NCBI GenBank assembly: GCA_951804945.1
Contig: OX638158.1
Location: 37,448,001-37,512,000, forward strand
Direction of reading: 5' to 3'
Source of the DNA: Podarcis cretensis
Taxonomy: Eukaryota
DNA: 64,000 bases
How positions within the stretch are numbered: position 1 is the first letter of the stretch; each line of letters opens with the position of its first letter. Below are positions 39,016 to 49,800 of this stretch, one piece after another. The position numbers and the translations under genes were made by a program. The notes beneath the pieces were generated by a model. The model was not told where the DNA came from. It was given only the letters and a program-made list of their open reading frames with translations, and ran no database searches.

Positions 39016-42000
39016 TCTATCATCTTCACTATTTATTTATTATACTCAGTTTCTTTGAAACTGTCCATTGTTTTCTACTGAATGGGATTTTAAAAGCTGT
39101 TAGAATTCATTGCTGAAACTTCCCAATTTTTTTTCCAAAAAAAGAGAAAGGTCTATATTTTGGAAATTTTACGAGCTCACCAGTCATTCTTTTCACACAG
39201 GAGAAATCTTGTCAAGAAGCTAGACATCAACTCCAGCTTCAGTCGGAATCTATAGCTAAAGAGCAGAATGAACTGAAAAACTCGCTGGAAAAGCAAGAAG
39301 GGGTAATACTGACTTTTTGACCGCAAGCATGTGAAATCAGCAATTGCTTTATCAAATAGTTTTTGCTAGAATCAAACCCGGAAAGAGAGAGACAGAGTGC
39401 TAACTTTCCACAAGACTATACCCAAAACAGATTTCACTTAATAAAATTGTGGACGATCGCTCCAAGATTAAATAGCTGTTGTGTTCATGTTCATGTGTTA
39501 ACTCAGAAAAGTATGAGCACGGACCTAGGAATCTTGCAATATTCTATTTCTACAACCCAATTCATAAAGTGGGTTTTTAAAAAATGCTCAGTTTAGCTCA
39601 GATGATGGATAACGACATAGCAGTGTCCTCTCCAAGGCATAATGTTTAAAGCAGCAGCATGAAAATAATACTACATCTGGTAAAGATAATACAGAGTACT
39701 GTTCTGCTTTTCTTCTCTATGTAGATCTCCAAGCAGCTGGCAACAGAGCTTGATTCAGCGCGTGCGCAAGTCCTGCAGATTCAAAGTGTCCTGAAAGAAA
39801 AAGAAAAGAACGAGCAGCAGTTGCAGTTGAAGGTGAAAGAACTGAAGGAATCTTTTGACCAGAAGAAAAAGCAAAATGAAACACAGCAAGCTGAATTGAA
39901 ATCAGCTCTCTTAGAAAAGGTAAGAGCCCACAGCATACAAAGAGGGTTTGCTACCAGTTTGGATTGATCTGAGCACTGCTGTCTTCTGAATACATTTAAC
40001 AAAATTAAATAAACCATAGGTATTTATAGGTATTTATTTTATAGGGACAAGTATTGTAAAGTTCTCTGTAAACTGAACAGCGAAAATATTAGCAATAACG
40101 CAAATAGAAAATGTTCGTGCTTGTATGTTTCCATGTTACTCTTTATTATGTATAAAGAAAACTCTTCTTGTGTGTGTGTGTTAGGCAGAACTGGAGAATA
40201 AACTGCAGCAGCAGATAACATTGTCAGCACAAGAGCTTACGGCAGAGAGAGAAAAGATAGCAGAGCTACAGAAGACACATAAAAAGACCCAAGAGAACAT
40301 GGAAAAACTTCAGTTGGATTTTTATGGCAAAGAATCTGAGCTCTTGGCTACACAACAAGATCTTCAGGTACATTACATCACTTTTAAGGCTATAGGGCAT
40401 CTTTTCTCACTGTGTGCAGTGTAGTGTTCCTGTGCCTTTTAAATTGGCAATTAGAGGATACAAGTGGAATCTGCAGCAAAATACTGCAGTGTGGAATGCT
40501 CCTGTTCTCTCTTCCAATTGCTCTTTTTTGGGGGGGGAAATGTTAGTGTCTAAGGTGTATATACTGCAAAACATTTGTAAGGAAACAAGAAAGACCTTGA
40601 TAAAGTGCCTGTTATATGAAGTGCTAACTTTGAGGGTAAATAACCTATAAATACTGAGTTGTCTGAACTATGATAATGGCACCCTCTGCTGGAATATTTG
40701 GGAGAAATACTTCTGATTTGTGTTTTTTTCCCATTTTCCTTATAACTAAAGCTATAGCAGGATTTAAGACATTTTTAAATTAAACTAGCTTTATACTTAA
40801 GTCCTCTAGCCATCGTATATGTAATCCTGAACACAACTAATGGAAAGGATTACAACCAACAGCAGCAGAAGTATCATTCTCTAACAATATTACATATTTA
40901 AAGTTTTTTTTTATTTTTGGTTTATGCTGGACATATATGGGTTTTGTTTTGCATTCATTGAGAGTTAGCCTGCTTTGATCATTAAAGCAGTAAATGCTCA
41001 TTTCACTGCAGATGCAGTGCTGGCCGCATTTATTTATTAGAAAATTTTATACCTAATCTTCTAACTGAAGTTCTCAAAGCGGATTTCAATCTATTCAAAT
41101 TATAACAAGAATGACTTACAATGTTGGAGTCCTTCACCTGATCTATGGCTTCTGTCAGTCATAGTTTATGGCTCCCGGCAGCAGATGCAAGAGGCATGGA
41201 GTTGGGGGCAAAAGTGCTTCAGGCCATTTATGATATATTAATATTAGTTATGTGATCTAGGGTGCTATTAGAAGTTGGGGCAAAGGGAAGAAGACAACCT
41301 CAGGTTCTTCTCCCCCACCCCCACTAATATTGTTTGGCATCCTCCATTCACTCCCCACCCAAATGATTTCCTTTCTCCTCATCCTCACATCATTTTAGCT
41401 ACTACTTCTTTCACTGTCTGGGAGAAGGTTTATAGGAAAACACATACCTGAAGTTTCCTCTGCCAAATTGATAGTTTATGGCACAATCTACTGTTCAGCT
41501 GTGCTTATCAGAACTATGGAACAAACACATCACAACATATCTGGCACTAGGGAGATGGAATGGCCCAACCTCCGTGCAATGTCTAGAGATTTTGAAATGG
41601 CTCTAGGAAAGCAGCTACGACTGCAGCCGTTTGCGTGGTTTGTATGGCAGCTTGTGCAGAGACCCAAATCGAAAGTGAGGGCCTTCCAAGACTCAGATGA
41701 CATGTGGTAGGGGAAGTGGGACGATGGCATCAGTTCAAAATAATCCTTTTATTTGCACTCTAAATTTTGTATCAGCATTTATTAATATTATTTCTTCATG
41801 TTTGTATTCGGAGCTGAATTGGAATTGTTGCATATTGCTAACAGGTTTTTTTTTACTATTAAAATCAACTCCTGTTTCTTCACATTAATGCATAATCATA
41901 TCTGCTACTGTGACTGGCTGACTGCAACTTTAGCTGTGTTTTTCAAAAATTCAGTCCACAGAGGAGAAGCTTGCCTTGGCCCAAGAAGAATTGGTTTCAA

Positions 42001-45000
42001 ACAGAAATCAAATTAGTAATCACAATCAGTTGATCAAAGAACTTAAGACTGCAAGATCTACATTAGAGCAGGATGTGTCCAATAAAGAACAACAACTGAA
42101 AGAGCAGAATAAACTATTACAGGAAATACAGAAAGACAAGGTAATTTATTTTTTATTTAATGATGATATGCCATGTGGCTTTGGTTCTATATGCAATTGT
42201 TAAGTTTCACTGAAGCTTATTTATGAGGAAACATGCATGTTTTCACTGCTGGACTGATTTGTCATCATTTGGTTAGAAGGCGATGCTTTTCTGCCATGTC
42301 AAAATTGATACTGTTAGAATATGTATGTAGAGTAGAAATACACTAGAACAGGATTTTAAAGAGGCATCTCTTTACCTCCAGAAAATGATCATTGCTTTCT
42401 AAATCAGTTAAAAGTGGTCTCTTAAAAATACCTGTCCATTTCCTCTGCTTCAAGGCTGGAAAAGAAACGGATCTGGCTAACGAAAGATCTAAAACAACTG
42501 AGCTTCAGAACATAAGCACCAAACTGGAAAAAGAAAATTCCAAACTAAGAGAAGAAGCCAGAACCTGCAAACAGGAATTGGAAAAAGTATGTTGAGATGC
42601 TACTCCATTTATGCTGGGCCACTTCTTTCGTTCAGCGTATTACCATTTCACTCAAAAGTTCCCTGCCTGCTTACTCTGGTGAACTTTCTCACCTTTCTTG
42701 CCAACTGCATTTACCCTTCCGTATCTGTAGACCTTGTGTTGGTTTTTAATTAATGTGAGTACTGTATTTGGCTATGCTGCTTTTTACTTCACCTCCCGAG
42801 TTTAATCCTTCCTACAGGTGCCTTTTTTCAGGTCCGAATTATAGATTAAACTGGCAACATTTACACCTTGGAGAAAAAAGCAGCTATATCTTCTTTGGGA
42901 TCAAATAGAAATGGGTTGAGGTGGTGGGTGGGGAAAATGGATTTCCAGCATAAAATTATGATGGGAAGCATGTCCTTGCTCTGGGCCCCTGGCTGCTTTT
43001 TCTTCAAATAAAAACAGCCAGTTTAAGCATGTTTTTTTGAAAGCGTTTGTAACATAAGATGTATTCCTCCCCCACCCCAGTCAATTGCTGACTGTGTCCA
43101 TTTATGTTTGTATGCTCTCTGCTGCTGCATATGTTGCACTCTGGTCAGTGACCGAATAAATCGATTCATTCATTCATTCAGCTTCTCCTCCTGCCTGCCA
43201 GCAGAACTTCTCCTAACCCCCCCCCTTGAGATGTGAAATTGAGCTCCCCCAAAATATTGTAAGCAGTTCGGCAAATGGTTAGGAATGAGGCAAAAAGACA
43301 CATTCATCTGGTTTTTAAACTTAACCTGTTAAGATATAGAAAATAACTCACTTGAATTTTTGTCTTGTTCTGTTCTGAGAATTATACTATTTCATGGGAA
43401 ATAGTATGATTTCAGATTAGCTCTCACCCAAGTATTATTTTTGTCATTGTAAATACTGTATGTTTTTAACAGGAGATAACAAATTTAAAAGATGCCAAAC
43501 AACTATTGATCAAGCAGAAACTGGAATTACAGGGAAAAGTTGATAACATTAATTCAACTCTTGAGCAGGAGAAAAAGAACCAAGAAGTTATCAAAGATCA
43601 GTTGAAAAAGAGAGAAGAAGAAATGAAGAAGAAATGTGCTGAGATTGAGGCAAAACTGGTTGGTATATCTATTACGAGAGTACTTAATATGTATCCATGC
43701 TTAAATATGTTTAAGCATCTGTTCAGCAGTTTCAACTTTTGTAGCTGGAGTCATTCAGGGTGCTGCCCTCCCAGGTCAGGTGGAAAAGTCCAGCAAGGCA
43801 GAGGACTCACAGCCAAGATGGTCTCTTATCTATTATCAGAGTCTTTTAATCCAAGATATTTAACCTGCTCAATTTAACTTACTATGTATCAGGGAGAATT
43901 CCATATTAAGTAAGACAAAACACAGAGGCTTCTATCCTAATTTCCCATGAGCAGAACGCCATTCATGAGATACCGTTGCTGGTGGAATGAAGAGAAAGTT
44001 ATTTTCACTGATTTCTCCTTTCTCACTGGCTTCCCCTGTTTATTTCAAAAATCTGCTATGGTGGTTGGAGTGACAGTGTTATGGAAGGCTGAGGTGGAAG
44101 TTACTTACTCCCATATTCTGCTGTTGGATTGGAGTCACTTTTATGAAGGGAAGCAATTTGGGATCCTAGCCAGGATTTCAATATTTTTTCCATAGCAAGA
44201 AGAGTTAGATATGCAGAATGGGGTGGTTCCCTCTTTGGCTACAATCCCAGGGGTAAAATATCATCTGAACAGACCTGTTGTTGTTGTTATTATAAGAAAA
44301 ATACTTACATTTTAAAAAATGTTTTTATTGACTTAGCAAGCTGAGAAAAAGGAAAAAGATGAGCAATATAAAAGTCATGAGGAGGCTGAGGGTAAACTCA
44401 ACATGCAGATCACAGCTTTAAATGAAAATCTGGGTACGGTGAAGAAAGAGTGGCAAAGCAGCCAAAGAAGAGTTAGTGAATTAGAAAAACAAACAGATGA
44501 TTTACGTGGAGAGATTGCAGTACTGGAAGCCACAGTGCAAAATAACCAAGATGAGAGGAGAGTCCTGCTGGAAAGGTAAGTCAGTGAGTTAGAGGCAGAA
44601 TAATATGTTTTTGTGTATGTATGTGGTGACTTCTGTTTTTATAATAGAATGGGGAAAACTTCCAATTGTGTAATTTTGTGCTAAAAACAAATTATAATGG
44701 AAATAAATAAGCTTATGCAGTCAGAATAAATCACCCAAATTGACAGAGAAGCTAAAATTCAAAATTCTAACACTGACCCTCCTTTTATGTAAAATTTTGA
44801 CTGCCCTGTGCATGTATTGCATATGGTGACTTACTCCTGGAACATAACCAGCCACTTGACACAGGAAGCCAACTCAGTTCTTGTTCAATGTAGACTTCTT
44901 AATGGTCTTATTTGTTTCTACAATAAGGGAAGGCTACCTTACTAGTATGGTTGAAACCACGTTGGAATAGGGATTCACACAGTTTGAAATGTAGCTTCAA

Positions 45001-46868
45001 CTCAGAAAGTGTTGGAATGGAATAGTTCTCTCACTAATATAAAGGAAACCAGAAGGATCGATTTCCTGCCCACCCTTGGTTCTTGACAATAGTCTGAGGG
45101 CAGGTTAGCAGTATGAATTCGCATGTGAATGATGGTTTTATTTTTCCTCAGTTTACGGCATTGTAATAGCATTATGATTTCTTCTTTAGGTGCCTTAAAA
45201 GTGAAGGAGAAATTGAAAAACTTCAGAGCAAATTGATGGATGCACGAAGAAAACTGGATGACACTACTGCAGCCATGCAAGAGCTAGGCAGAGAGAACCA
45301 GTCACTGCAGGTATTTCATTTTGGTGCCTAAAGACAGACTCTGCACTACCTTTAAATTTATTAAAGTAAACAGTGCTCTTTGCTAAGTTGTTCAGGGGAG
45401 TCAAGTAGATGGGTAGAGGAGAGGAACCAAATGTGGTAAGAATGATGTGGTTATGTGTAAAATTATATGCAACAATTCTGGGTTGTGTGGGTGTGTATAA
45501 CACTTGCTGTTGAATTTCCATGAAGTAGCTTTGACGTGATTTGGGTTTTCGATTTAATGTTCATAAAAATCTCTACTCTTACATTTTATAGATCAAACAT
45601 TCACAAGCCCTGAATCGGAAATGGGCTGAAGATAATGAGGTTCAGAATTGCATGGCCTGTGGGAAAGGTTTTTCCGTAACAGTAAGAAAGGTATGTATGT
45701 CTGGGAATATCTTCTGTAGAAGTGTGTGTGTGTGTTGAGAATTATTTTTGTGAAAGCAGTGAAGCAGTGGCTGTATTTCCAAAAAAATAAATGGTTTAGC
45801 GTACTGTGAATGAGCTGGAATGAACCACAGGCTCACATACCCATCTCCATTTTCCATGCATCCAGGAAGAGAAGTTGAGAAGTTGCTGCTTTCTTTTAAC
45901 TACAGTATTTGTATTGTTTGGTTCAACAAAGTGATTTAATATTAACTGGTTAATTTCAAAGAAAAAAACACCAGTCTCTGGCCTTTGAAGCTGACTTGTT
46001 GAAGTTGGCTGTGGATCACGTTAATCATTCTGAAAACACAGGAAGCCACAGTTAACAAAAAAGTGGAAGCAAAATTTTGAAACTGGCCCCTGTGGAGGAG
46101 AGGGGAAGGTGGGAGCACATTGGGTTCAAGGATCACTGTGATATATCGTGTTTTTCCATCTATAAGATGCCCCCATGTATAAGATGCCCCCTATTTTTGG
46201 GAATTCAGATTTAAGAAAATGGGGGGAGACACTGTGTATAAGATGCCCCCTAATTTTTGACATTATTTTTAAGGGGGGAAAACCTAGTCTTATACACGAA
46301 AAAATATGGTACCATGGTTTAGCATGATGTGACACCACAGCCAATGTGTGTTAAGGAAGCGTTTTTAAAAGGTGATTGTTTAAAATGAACTTTTTGGTAA
46401 TGTCTGTCAGATTTATGTAAGGGAAATATTTGTATAAGCCTCATGCTTTCTTTTGTAAGCAATGCAGTGAGAGACTTGTCAGTACAAGCCGTGTTCAGGC
46501 CTTGTATATTTTTGTACAACTTGATGCAGTCTGCTCAGCCTGGCAATGGGCATCTTCCCCCCTTGTCATTTGAACGGATACTTGCAGATGGAAACAGTTA
46601 CAGGATTATGAGGAGAGCAGTGTGAAAGCGAGGTTCACAATAACAAGTTGGTTTGGAGGACATAGGAGTGGAGAGCATGTTCATGCCATGGCTTGGCATT
46701 ATATCTTTCCCTGTATATAATTGTTTTGCTTTTCCTGTTTCACAGCATCACTGCAGACAGTGTGGAAATATCTTCTGTGCCGAGTGCTCAGCTAAGAATG
46801 CCTTAACTCCTTCTTCTAAGAAACCCGTTCGTGTCTGTGATACTTGTTTCAACGACTTGCAAGGATAA
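4562..46868 (+). CDS. EEA1: Early endosome antigen 1, complete spliced CDS (29 coding exons, 4236 nt, 1411 aa; exons listed separately)
   Basis: Manually spliced GT-AG exons join in phase without stops: MFRRILQRTPGRVGSQ...GFICPLCMKSHGSAEELFKHYEAVH (C2H2)...coiled coil...WAEDNEVQNCMACGKGFSVTVRKHHCRQCGNIFCAECSAKNALTPSSKKPVRVCDTCFNDLQG* (FYVE). Recognisably vertebrate EEA1. Confidence 0.98.
6189..6413. mobile_element. Tc1/mariner (Tigger-like) MITE
   Basis: 14-bp perfect TIRs CAGTCGTACCTTGG / CCAAGGTACGACTG flanked by TA on both sides. Confidence 0.88.
10051..10143 (+). CDS. EEA1: EEA1 exon 2 (TPGRVGSQSSDSDSSAVPGNAVDVNNESSSE)
   Basis: ttttcag acceptor, GAG|gtac donor, 93 nt, phase 0/0. Confidence 0.96.
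10485..10607 (+). CDS. EEA1: Putative alternative EEA1 cassette exon encoding a second C2H2 zinc finger (GFICPVCMKMCVTATDLSEHYQEHVGIETRRLELREPPTAT)
   Basis: tttcacag acceptor, candidate donor ACT|gtgggt, 123 nt phase 0/0, C-x2-C-x12-H-x3-H, clear paralogue of exon 3. The 3' boundary is inferred. Confidence 0.72.
11587..11947 (+). mobile_element. Sauria SINE (Squam1), full length, young subfamily
   Basis: GGGACGCAGGTGGCGCTGTGGGTTAAA head, GGTTCGAATCC B box, (ACCTTT)n tail, CpG-rich. Confidence 0.92.
14961..15088 (+). CDS. EEA1: EEA1 exon 3, canonical C2H2 zinc finger (GFICPLCMKSHGSAEELFKHYEAVHESGIDTSQGRETNMSPNR)
   Basis: gttacag acceptor, AG|gtact donor, 128 nt. Confidence 0.96.
15884..15938 (+). 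CDS. EEA1: EEA1 exon 4 (DDVTLLRQEVQDLQASLK)
   Basis: ttttcag / AAG|gttgga, 55 nt, phase compatible. Confidence 0.96.
16052..16117 (+). CDS. EEA1: EEA1 exon 5 (EERWYSEELKKELEKVQGQRQQ)
   Basis: gctcag / CAA|gtaatt, 66 nt. Confidence 0.95.
16325..16431. mobile_element. hAT-type MITE relic
   Basis: Imperfect TIRs CAATAGTGGGGAACC / GGTTTCCCACCCCTG; 8-bp near-identical flanks acctatac / aactatac. Confidence 0.6.
16776..16891. mobile_element. Short palindromic MITE-like element
   Basis: Terminal inverted repeat GGTGATATC / GATATCACC, inner CATACT/AGTATG symmetry, TACTG directly on both sides. Confidence 0.5.
17380..17419 (+). CDS. EEA1: EEA1 exon 6 (ESKPDGLETAAST)
   Basis: long pyrimidine tract + taag / CAG|gtaaca, 40 nt. 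Confidence 0.93.
18229..18342 (+). CDS. EEA1: EEA1 exon 7 (LESLEQQLEESHVENFNIKQMKDLFEQKAAQLATEIV)
   Basis: ctttttag / G|gtaagt, 114 nt. Confidence 0.95.
18431..18552 (+). CDS. EEA1: EEA1 exon 8 (LKAKYDEETSLRQAAEQKVASLTQELQKERGVCEDLKTEL)
   Basis: GAG-type acceptor (taacgag) / CTG|gtaaca, 122 nt, required for frame and homology. Confidence 0.92.
19350..19505 (+). CDS. EEA1: EEA1 exon 9 (LQRPGVEDVAVLKKELVQVQMLMDKMTLEREKESEKLKDECNHLRAECSTSE)
   Basis: ctaaag / GAG|gtagag, 156 nt. Confidence 0.95.
20074..20605. mobile_element. hAT/Charlie-like MITE interrupted by a Sauria SINE
   Basis: 13-bp TIRs CAGTGGTTCCCAA / TTGGGAACCACTG; degenerate 8-bp TSD atataggg / atagagag. Confidence 0.75.
20178..20532 (+). 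mobile_element. Sauria SINE (Squam1), full length, second subfamily
   Basis: Same head and (ACCTTT)n tail; perfect 13-bp TSD TATGGTAGTTTTA (20165-20177 and 20533-20545). Confidence 0.92.
22743..22859 (+). CDS. EEA1: EEA1 exon 10 (TTINQLRAELAKGPQEVAVYVRDLQKLQTSVNELTQKNQ)
   Basis: tttttaag / CAG|gtaaga, 117 nt. Confidence 0.96.
23650..23988 (+). CDS. EEA1: EEA1 exon 11 (SLAEKLKKRELGY...EQHGLQLQNELNQ)
   Basis: ctgtag / CAG|gtaaga, 339 nt. Confidence 0.96.
24018..24098. repeat. (TA)n followed by (TG)n/(TGTA)n compound microsatellite
   Basis: Directly visible, about 30 nt after the exon 11 donor. Confidence 0.95.
24592..24833. mobile_element. Tc1/mariner (Tigger-like) MITE
   Basis: TIRs CAGTGGTACCTC(T/G)GGTTAC, TA on both sides, internal TAACCTGAAG repeats. 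Confidence 0.9.
24840..25181 (-). mobile_element. L2-type LINE reverse transcriptase fragment (decayed)
   Basis: Minus-strand translation gives LLILLDLSATFDIHDHG, CGLPQEFVLSPMLFNICM and CHQYTDDTQLYF, degenerate RT motifs (DLSAAFD, GVPQG, YADD). Confidence 0.8.
25195..25564 (-). mobile_element. Sauria SINE (Squam1), full length, near-identical to the 11587 copy
   Basis: Perfect 13-bp TSD TCTGTGTAGAGTA (25182-25194 and 25565-25577); 7 substitutions and one short indel versus the 11587-11947 copy by eye. Confidence 0.93.
27175..27313. mobile_element. hAT-type MITE relic
   Basis: Long imperfect inverted termini CAGGGGTAGCCAACATGGTGCCCTCCAGATGTT / AACATTTGAAGGGCACTATGTTGGCTTCCCTTG. Confidence 0.65.
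28566..28715 (+). CDS. EEA1: EEA1 exon 12 (LHNKLLETEHQLGEAHGRLKEQRQLSSEKLMDKEQQVADLQLKLSRAEEQ)
   Basis: ccctccag / CAG|gtagga, 150 nt. Confidence 0.97.
29795..29914 (+). CDS. EEA1: EEA1 exon 13 (LKEKAANATELQHQLDKMKQQHQEQQNLQQSTTAKLREAQ)
   Basis: tttctaag / CAG|gtaaga, 120 nt. Confidence 0.96.
30747..30950 (+). CDS. EEA1: EEA1 exon 14 (NDLEQVLRQIGDKDQKIQNLEALL...QEKNHTLQEQ)
   Basis: ctcaag / CAG|gtaaga, 204 nt. Confidence 0.97.
32298..32498 (+). CDS. EEA1: EEA1 exon 15 (VTQLTEKLKNQSESHKQ...KEKVIQLDLQ)
   Basis: tttatag / CAG|gtaatt, 201 nt. Confidence 0.96.
33716..33829 (+). CDS. EEA1: EEA1 exon 16 (VKAKTELLLSAEAAKAAQRADLQNHLDTAQNALQDKQQ)
   Basis: ctgtcag / CAG|gtgaga, 114 nt. Confidence 0.96.
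34567..34722 (+). CDS. EEA1: EEA1 exon 17 (ELNKVSTQLDQVTAKLHDKQEFCTQLEANLKEYKEKHLHLEQKNEELEGQHK)
   Basis: taaaag / AAG|gttagc, 156 nt. Confidence 0.95.
35766..35905 (+). CDS. EEA1: EEA1 exon 18 (KLESDILEVMGSKEKALQELQEQRQQCTDLSLKAAELTKQLDRERE)
   Basis: atttcag / AT|gtatgc, 140 nt. Confidence 0.94.
37161..37491 (+). CDS. EEA1: EEA1 exon 19 (ISSTKLDLQKKCDS...EKQKGKAAVAEI)
   Basis: ctgtatag / ATA|gtgagt, 331 nt. Confidence 0.95.
38968..39021. repeat. (TCTA)n/(TCTG)n tetranucleotide microsatellite
   Basis: Directly visible. Confidence 0.9.
39201..39302 (+). CDS. EEA1: EEA1 exon 20 (EKSCQEARHQLQLQSESIAKEQNELKNSLEKQEG)
   Basis: cacacag / GGG|gtaata, 102 nt. Confidence 0.93.
39725..39919 (+). CDS. 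EEA1: EEA1 exon 21 (ISKQLATELDSARAQ...AELKSALLEK)
   Basis: ctatgtag / AAG|gtaaga, 195 nt. Confidence 0.94.
40185..40367 (+). CDS. EEA1: EEA1 exon 22 (AELENKLQQQITLSAQELTAE...DFYGKESELLATQQDLQ)
   Basis: (tg)n-ttag / CAG|gtacat, 183 nt. Confidence 0.95.
41955..42140 (+). CDS. EEA1: EEA1 exon 23 (STEEKLALAQEELVSNRNQ...LQEIQKDK)
   Basis: attcag / AAG|gtaatt, 186 nt. Confidence 0.95.
42455..42586 (+). CDS. EEA1: EEA1 exon 24 (AGKETDLANERSKTTELQNISTKLEKENSKLREEARTCKQELEK)
   Basis: cttcaag / AAA|gtatgt, 132 nt. Confidence 0.92.
43473..43658 (+). CDS. EEA1: EEA1 exon 25 (EITNLKDAKQLLIKQKLELQGK...AEIEAKL)
   Basis: tttaacag / CTG|gttggt, 186 nt. Confidence 0.95.
44337..44575 (+). CDS. EEA1: EEA1 exon 26 (QAEKKEKDE...ALNENLGTVKKEWQSSQRRVSELEKQTDDLRGEIAVLEATVQNNQDERRVLLE)
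   Basis: gacttag / AG|gtaagt, 239 nt. Confidence 0.96.
45190..45310 (+). CDS. EEA1: EEA1 exon 27 (CLKSEGEIEKLQSKLMDARRKLDDTTAAMQELGRENQSLQ)
   Basis: ttctttag / CAG|gtattt, 121 nt. Confidence 0.96.
45592..45690 (+). CDS. EEA1: EEA1 exon 28, start of FYVE domain (IKHSQALNRKWAEDNEVQNCMACGKGFSVTVRK)
   Basis: ttttatag / AAG|gtatgt, 99 nt; WxxD motif. Confidence 0.97.
46146..46309. mobile_element. Tc1/mariner-type MITE
   Basis: TA-flanked imperfect TIRs (tcgtgtttttccatctataaga / tcttatacacgaaaaaatatgg), three internal TATAAGATGCCCCC repeats. Confidence 0.7.
46746..46868 (+). CDS. EEA1: EEA1 exon 29, FYVE C-terminus and stop (HHCRQCGNIFCAECSAKNALTPSSKKPVRVCDTCFNDLQG*)
   Basis: tttcacag acceptor; R+HHCR and RVC FYVE motifs; TAA at 46866-46868. 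Confidence 0.98.
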   Translation, partial: HHCRQCGNIFCAECSAKNALTPSSKKPVRVCDTCFNDLQG

Positions 46869-49800
46869 TTACTCACAGCTCTTAAATGTTATGCTAGAAT
46901 AAAGTTTCTGTTATGCACTTCGTACAACACTCAGACTACTCTTTGGTTTGGGTGATGATTGTAACAATGGGCAAAATTATAGTATTGTTGAAAATATACA
47001 TATAAAAAAGTCAAACAATTGTACTTCTTGTGAGGCTGAAATTATCTATGGCTTGTTTGGTTTTGATCCTACAAGAGCTTCTGTGTCTAGTTTATAAGTC
47101 CCCAGTAACTTGTAAATAAAGTTTAAACAGAGGAGTAACAATGTATTTTTTTAATCCTAATTTCCTTGTTTAAAAGTAACACATTTTAAAGTAAACACAT
47201 TTGCAGGGATTTTGTGTATCAAATGCTGCTGCTCTAATGGGATGGTTACAGTTTAATAGCTTCATTGAAGTGTGAAAGATACGTAGCAGGCCCAAACAAG
47301 CAGCTTTTTTGCTTATTTCTTTTATTTTCTCACTCTCTGGGGATTCCACTTACAGTGAATGCCCCAGATAGTGGGAAACTGTCTCGAGGTTTTAAACTTT
47401 TCAGGATGTTTCATTACAGCGTCACTATATATTTCACTGAAAATGAAAGCAAGTGTCGAGTGTATAATGTATGCTTGACATCTCTAAGAATACTTTTCAT
47501 CATATCAAAGGTACTTAAGTGGACTACATCATCCTTAATATGCAAGGTCTTACTCTGAAACTTTTTGAGGTTGGGCCATGTTTTTGCTGCATACCTTTTC
47601 AGAGGTCTTCTGCTTAGTTAATTTTATTATTATTATTATTATAAAATCTTTGTTGTTGTTCAATTCCCTTCACAGGAAACACTGCATGGAAGTTCCCAGG
47701 AAAAAATACTGTGAAGTGTGGGAATTAAAAAATACAACATTAGGAAAGAAAGCAGTCACCTTGGAATTCTACCTTTCTCAGTGTAAATTTTTGTCTCCAG
47801 TTTCTTAGTTCTTGCTAGAGATTTGCCATAACTCCCTGCCAAATGGAAGTGAAATTCCAGGTTCTGCTAATGGCTTTAAAGTAACTGAGATTCCACCACC
47901 AAGAGCCTTTCTCTTGCTTTAATGAGGTACATCTCAGTCGTAGGTTTTATAGTACAACGGTGTCATGTTTTGTCCAAATGAAAAGGTACTGAAATTGCTC
48001 TTTTAAAATTAAAAGATTGGATTTAGGCAGGAAATGTCATCTTTCAGCCCCAACACAGTAATTCCTTTTTTACTTTTCTTTTGATTTGAGAGGCGAGGAT
48101 AATATACATACTTCTATGCACATTGTAATCACACAAAATAATGTACTTTGTAAAATTTAGAGTGACTAAAATACAGCATGACATTTAAAATTAACACCTT
48201 TTGGATATGTGGTCTATTTAAAATGCTATGAAGGAAGTGATGCCAGCAAGGAAGAATGTTGTAGACTGAGAAATGGAAGTACAGCACTAGGAAGAAATGG
48301 AGAAGCAAACAGCTTAACACAAATATATTTGTAGAGGGGTCATGGCTAGCATGACCTTTGCACTCAGAAGGTCCCAAGTTCAATCCCTCATGCCTCAAGA
48401 TAAAAAATGTTTCATACATTCCAGGTCCAGCAAATACCATTTTTTGCCTGGAAATTTTGAGAGGCTGCTGACAATGGGAGCAGATGACATTTGATCCAAT
48501 GGCCTGATTTAGTATAAAGCTGCTTTATCTGTTCAAAAATGTCCAGATGAACAAGTACAAATAGGATGTATGAAACCTTAAATTTTTTTGAGTTGGATAT
48601 GCATGCTCCATATGCCAAATTTACATCTAATCATTCAGTGGCTACATGTGTAGACATTTCCCCCATCTATTTGGTGTTTTTTTTAAAGGACTAAATGGTA
48701 AAGTAATATCCGGAGCATCTACTAAGGTAATTGGGAATTATTAGGGCTTTTACTTGATTAAATAAATCTTAGTTGATTAATCACACCAGTTTTATTCAAT
48801 TAAACATGCTTATGAATGAATTAAAGTTTTGAAGGAAAAGGTATTTTGGTTTTAGATGATGCTCACATGTGTTGCAGCAGGCACCATCTTAGAAAAGCCG
48901 TCCTTTGTTCTGTGCAACAGAATGGGGAGAGGCCTTTGCCAGTCACAGTTTTTGTAAGTACTTGCATTCAAAAGAATATCTGAAAACCATCTGCTCCCTC
49001 ATTCAAACAGGTGAAAATATATTGAAGTGGTTTGATTTGTTAATTGACAACACATCGCAGCCCTAGAAGGTGCAAACGTATATATGTGGAGGCAAGGGAT
49101 AATCCATTTTGTTCAGAGAAAGAGCATAAGGTTGGATCTGTAGTTCAGAAATTTGAGCTACTTCAGTGGAAACGCCCCCTAAGAACCTCAGGAAGGGGAA
49201 GATAATAGCATTGTCACTTGCACTATGCACTTTCTTTCTCGTGTAACCAACATAATATGCAAGAAATGAAACAGCTGTTTTGCAAGAATTGTTGTAGTAA
49301 TTGGTCCACAAGGCTATGTATTCTTAGACAAGCGTTCAGTGAAATTCCTAGTAACTTCATTTTTGTTAGGAATATTGCATCTTTAATTCTTAAGTGCTCC
49401 AGAGGACACGTGTATATATAGCAAAGGAATTTACATGGTTTTAACAAGCATTGTTTGACTTAAGAATCGAAAAATGTGGACATAGCAATTTTGCACATTT
49501 GTAGTATTAGTTGACTGGTTTCCATAGTTCATGTATCAGCTTTTGTTTTCTTAGTATTGAGTTTCTCTAGAATTTACATGGATGGTCTGTTTTCCAGGCC
49601 ATAGCAATAAGTACATACAAAAATCCCTATACCTAAGAGCAGACATGTTTGTGTTCACATTCTGTTTTGAACTGCTAGAAATCTTAAAACCAGTATACTA
49701 CTTAAGAGTAGTATGCATTTATAAAATAGTTACAATTTTACAATGCTGCAATTGGTCAGCATTGACTGTTCTGTCTTGGTTAATGGAGTGATGCAATATT

